The notes under the pieces are model-generated. The model worked only from the letters and a program-made list of their open reading frames with translations, had not been told where the DNA came from and did no database searches. From assembly GCF_964204645.1 (NCBI RefSeq), contig NC_134026.1, positions 18,634,150 through 18,698,149 on the forward strand: DNA of 64,000 nt. The letters run 5' to 3'. Origin of the DNA: Tubulanus polymorphus (taxonomy: Eukaryota; Animalia; Nemertea). Position 1 is the first letter of the stretch, and each line of letters opens with the position of its first letter. This document shows, piece by piece, positions 61,185 through 64,000 of the stretch. Made by a program: the position numbers and the translations under genes.

Positions 61185-61427
61185 ATCAATTTATATGTTA
61201 TTCATATATATTTTATCCATGTATATGAATATTTTAAGAGTAATAGGGGTAATGGGCTTTCAGGTCAAAGGTTGAGGGGGCGAGTGAGTAAAAAATGAAA
61301 ATAACAATAATTTACAGTTGAATTAGGAGTGTGCGCGACTAATTCAACTGTAAATTATTGTTATTTTCATTTTTTTACGAGCTCGACCCTTCGACCTTTG
61401 GCCTGAAAGCCCATTACCCCTATTACT
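61183..61427 (-). repeat. P2 right TIR (inner part deleted); 61239-61427 is a 189-bp imperfect palindrome
   Basis: Reverse complement of 44910-~45155; joined to PolB sequence through a 2-bp CT microhomology at 61183-61184. Confidence 0.9.
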
Positions 61428-64000
61428 ATGGTCTTCTAACAATGAAAATGAACACTTAACTTAGTTTTGCTGAACTAACAACTTTTAACCTTGAATTTCT
61501 ACTGAACTCTAACCTAATTTAAATATGAATTTCACCCAAGAGAGACTCCCTCAATTCAATATGGAAAAAATCAAACGATGATTCTAATCTTAAAAATCTT
61601 TAAAATTTTGAAAATTGCTGTGAAAATAGCGGAACCCCCCGTATGCAGAAAATCGACGGTCGATCACTCGTGCGCGCTATACACTAAACTCAACCGGTGG
61701 CCACTCGTGTTTCTATGAAGATATTTCTAAAAAATCCTCAGATAAAACTCTAAATGCAGTGAAAAATTCTAATTGTATCTCAAAAAATGAATAGGTTACA
61801 ACCAATGACACATAATTGCCAATTCTTTTTGAGGTGCCTTCCTAAAAGTGACGTGTCTTTTTTAAACTGTAACTGCATCCGATTGTTGAAGCCGAGAAAA
61901 ATGAAATAAACACCATCAGAAAATAGAAAGTGTCACCTTTCTAACGGTTCTTAAGTTTGAATTTTGTACCAAAAGGGATTGACGACAATAAATCGCGCTT
62001 AAGGTTTTAGTTTGAAAAAATGTTAAAATCTGTCCAACAATGCGGAGCCCGCGGGACCGCCTATAATTGCGGTAATTTTGTGGTAAAGTATTTCCTTATT
62101 GTAGTGGTACCTAGGCATATTTTGTCATCTCAATCTAATGCAAAATTATAGCTCATGACATGTTTTATGATTGTGGTCAGTTACAAGGTCATTGCTTTCA
62201 GTATATGTTCACCAGGGGGTGCTGAGTATTTAAATTGTCAGATTTTTTAGCATTGCAAACCACTTCATTAGTGGGCACGGTGTCCCCGGACCCCTAGTTT
62301 AAAAAGCACTTGGAATGTAAGTATATTTGATGTTTATGCGAAATTTTGTTCAAGAAAAGTCATATTTCACACATGTATTGAACCGCAAAGTAATCATACC
62401 ACTATGGACTTGCAAACTTAGATAGGGATGCAGGGACGCCATGCCCACTTGGGAATGGTTTGGAATGCTCAACAATCAGAAAACTTAAATATCCAACGCC
62501 CTCTAGTGACGATATAAATGTAATTCTACCTACTATTCAACGCCCCCTGGTGAATTTAGAAAGCAATGATCATAGAACATGTCACGAGTTACAATTTTGC
62601 CATCGATTGTGGTTACAAAATATGCCTAGGGACCAATACAATATGAAAATGCTAAGTTATTCGGCTATTCAACGCCCCCGTAATCAATGGCAACCTTGAT
62701 ACTCACCATAATCAATAGATCATGTTATGGGCTACAATTTTACAATTGATTGTGGTAACAAAATATGCATAGGTATCAGTATGAATAAGTAAATTGTACA
62801 AAATTTAAGGTGGAGGGGAACAAACATATGTAAAAGATCAAGATAACTGCTCAAATTTTTTTCAAAATTATCCTTGAAAACTTCACAAATGTGTTGTAAG
62901 ACATGTTGTCCCAAGTGGGCTAAAAATAGGAGATATAGGAGGGACTGGGTGGTCTGCAGACTCAGTTCTAGCATTCTATGGAATCCACCAAGATATAATA
63001 ATTCAAAGCATGAAGTTGTCTATAAGAGTAAAATTTTATTTTCATAAAGCATTAAAAAATGAGACGTACAGGAGTCTTTACAAATACGTAATATGTGCGC
63101 AGCAGTAAATAAAATACATTGCGTAATATATGTACATACACTGTATATTGATAACATTTTCTCGACCTTCAGTTGTCAAAAATGAAAATACATCATCTGT
63201 GTAAATGAGACCTGAAATCATCGATCTTAAATTTTACCTGTAGATGAAATATAGCAAAGGACATATCGTTCTAATGTTTATATTTAAGTATGATAATTAA
63301 CGCATAATAAGCATATGTTTGTATTGTAGAAATTAGGATGGTTGTGACCTGTTGCTTTGACCTGTTAGCTACTTAATAAATGATCGTTGGTGTCGTATTT
63401 CGAGCTATTTCATTGTTTTGCTGAAAACCACAGAAGCGTCCTGAGGCCATCATTAAGGAAAAAAAAACAATCTTATTTTCTTGTAGAGTTATATCTATCT
63501 CAACATGAAATGAATTACGATTAATGAATACCTGTGCCAATTTTATGTCATTATTTAAGTTATTGATTTGACATTAATTCGTTTTTAATAAAAAGTTTTG
63601 TAAATGATTTCCCTAGGACGCTTCCATAGAAAACAATTCACCAGTTTAATATGTTTTATTTCAGGAGAGAACCTGCGCTATGCGGGATCTAAGCCACAGT
63701 TGCGGTAAATATTTGACACAGGACCTCATATATCTACGTAACTACTAAATCCAAGTTACAATCAACAATCACAAAAACACTCACAAAGTGAGTCATTAAA
63801 TCTAAAATAGGACTGTAGAGTAAAACCTGCTTATTCCAAAATTTGATCTAAGCTGGACATTATTTACAGTTCGTTATGGGTTGTATATAGAATATGATTC
63901 TTGATTCAGATTTCTCATGTATGTCATCGTTCCCCAACCAACCTGGATTAAGTAGGTTTTTCTGTACATATTGATGACATAAATCAAATACATTTTCATT

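Larger units (their letters stand above)
44910..61427. mobile_element. Polinton/Maverick-type endogenous virus P2 (intein-bearing PolB allele)
   Basis: AGTAATAGGGG...CCCCTATTACT termini; 6-bp TSD ATGGTC at 44904-44909 and 61428-61433; same gene order as P1. Confidence 0.95.

Noticed and set aside
5127-61427. P1 and P2 as an assembly or segmental duplication of one insertion
   Set aside because: They have different TSDs, host sites, TIR stems, variable genes and intein status, so they are independent insertions.
61434-64000. Short ORFs and three CAACGCCC motifs (62490-62680) as a gene or regulatory array
   Set aside because: No recognisable protein motifs and no element boundaries found; probably decayed transposon ends. 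Not supportable from sequence alone.

Overview
AT-rich eukaryotic (most likely invertebrate animal) DNA made almost entirely of nested mobile elements; no host gene is recognisable. It holds two integrated Polinton/Maverick-type (adintovirus-like) endogenous viruses of one family, each bounded by terminal inverted repeats (TIRs) and a 6-bp target-site duplication (TSD): P1 at 5127-29708 (TSD GACAAC) and P2 at 44910-61427 (TSD ATGGTC). Both carry protein-primed PolB, integrase+chromodomain, A32-like ATPase, putative major and minor capsid proteins, an HNH nuclease and several small membrane proteins. P1 sits in an esterase-ORF1 (RTEX-like) LINE and carries a BEL/Pao LTR retrotransposon (8473-15325) in its integrase. 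CR1, hAT, Mutator-like and EnSpm-like remnants and MITEs fill the rest. The main finding is a ~355-aa intein with a two-motif LAGLIDADG homing endonuclease in the YFD^TDS catalytic motif of the P2 polymerase (58206-59266); P1, ~33 kb away, has the empty allele. The elements also have self-complementary hairpin TIRs and poxvirus-late-like TAAATG gene starts. Together these suggest, as inference only, a virus that shares cells and transcription machinery with a large cytoplasmic DNA virus. A tandem duplication in P2 also creates an ORF resembling the C-half of a split intein. All coordinates were read by eye and no database searches were run.
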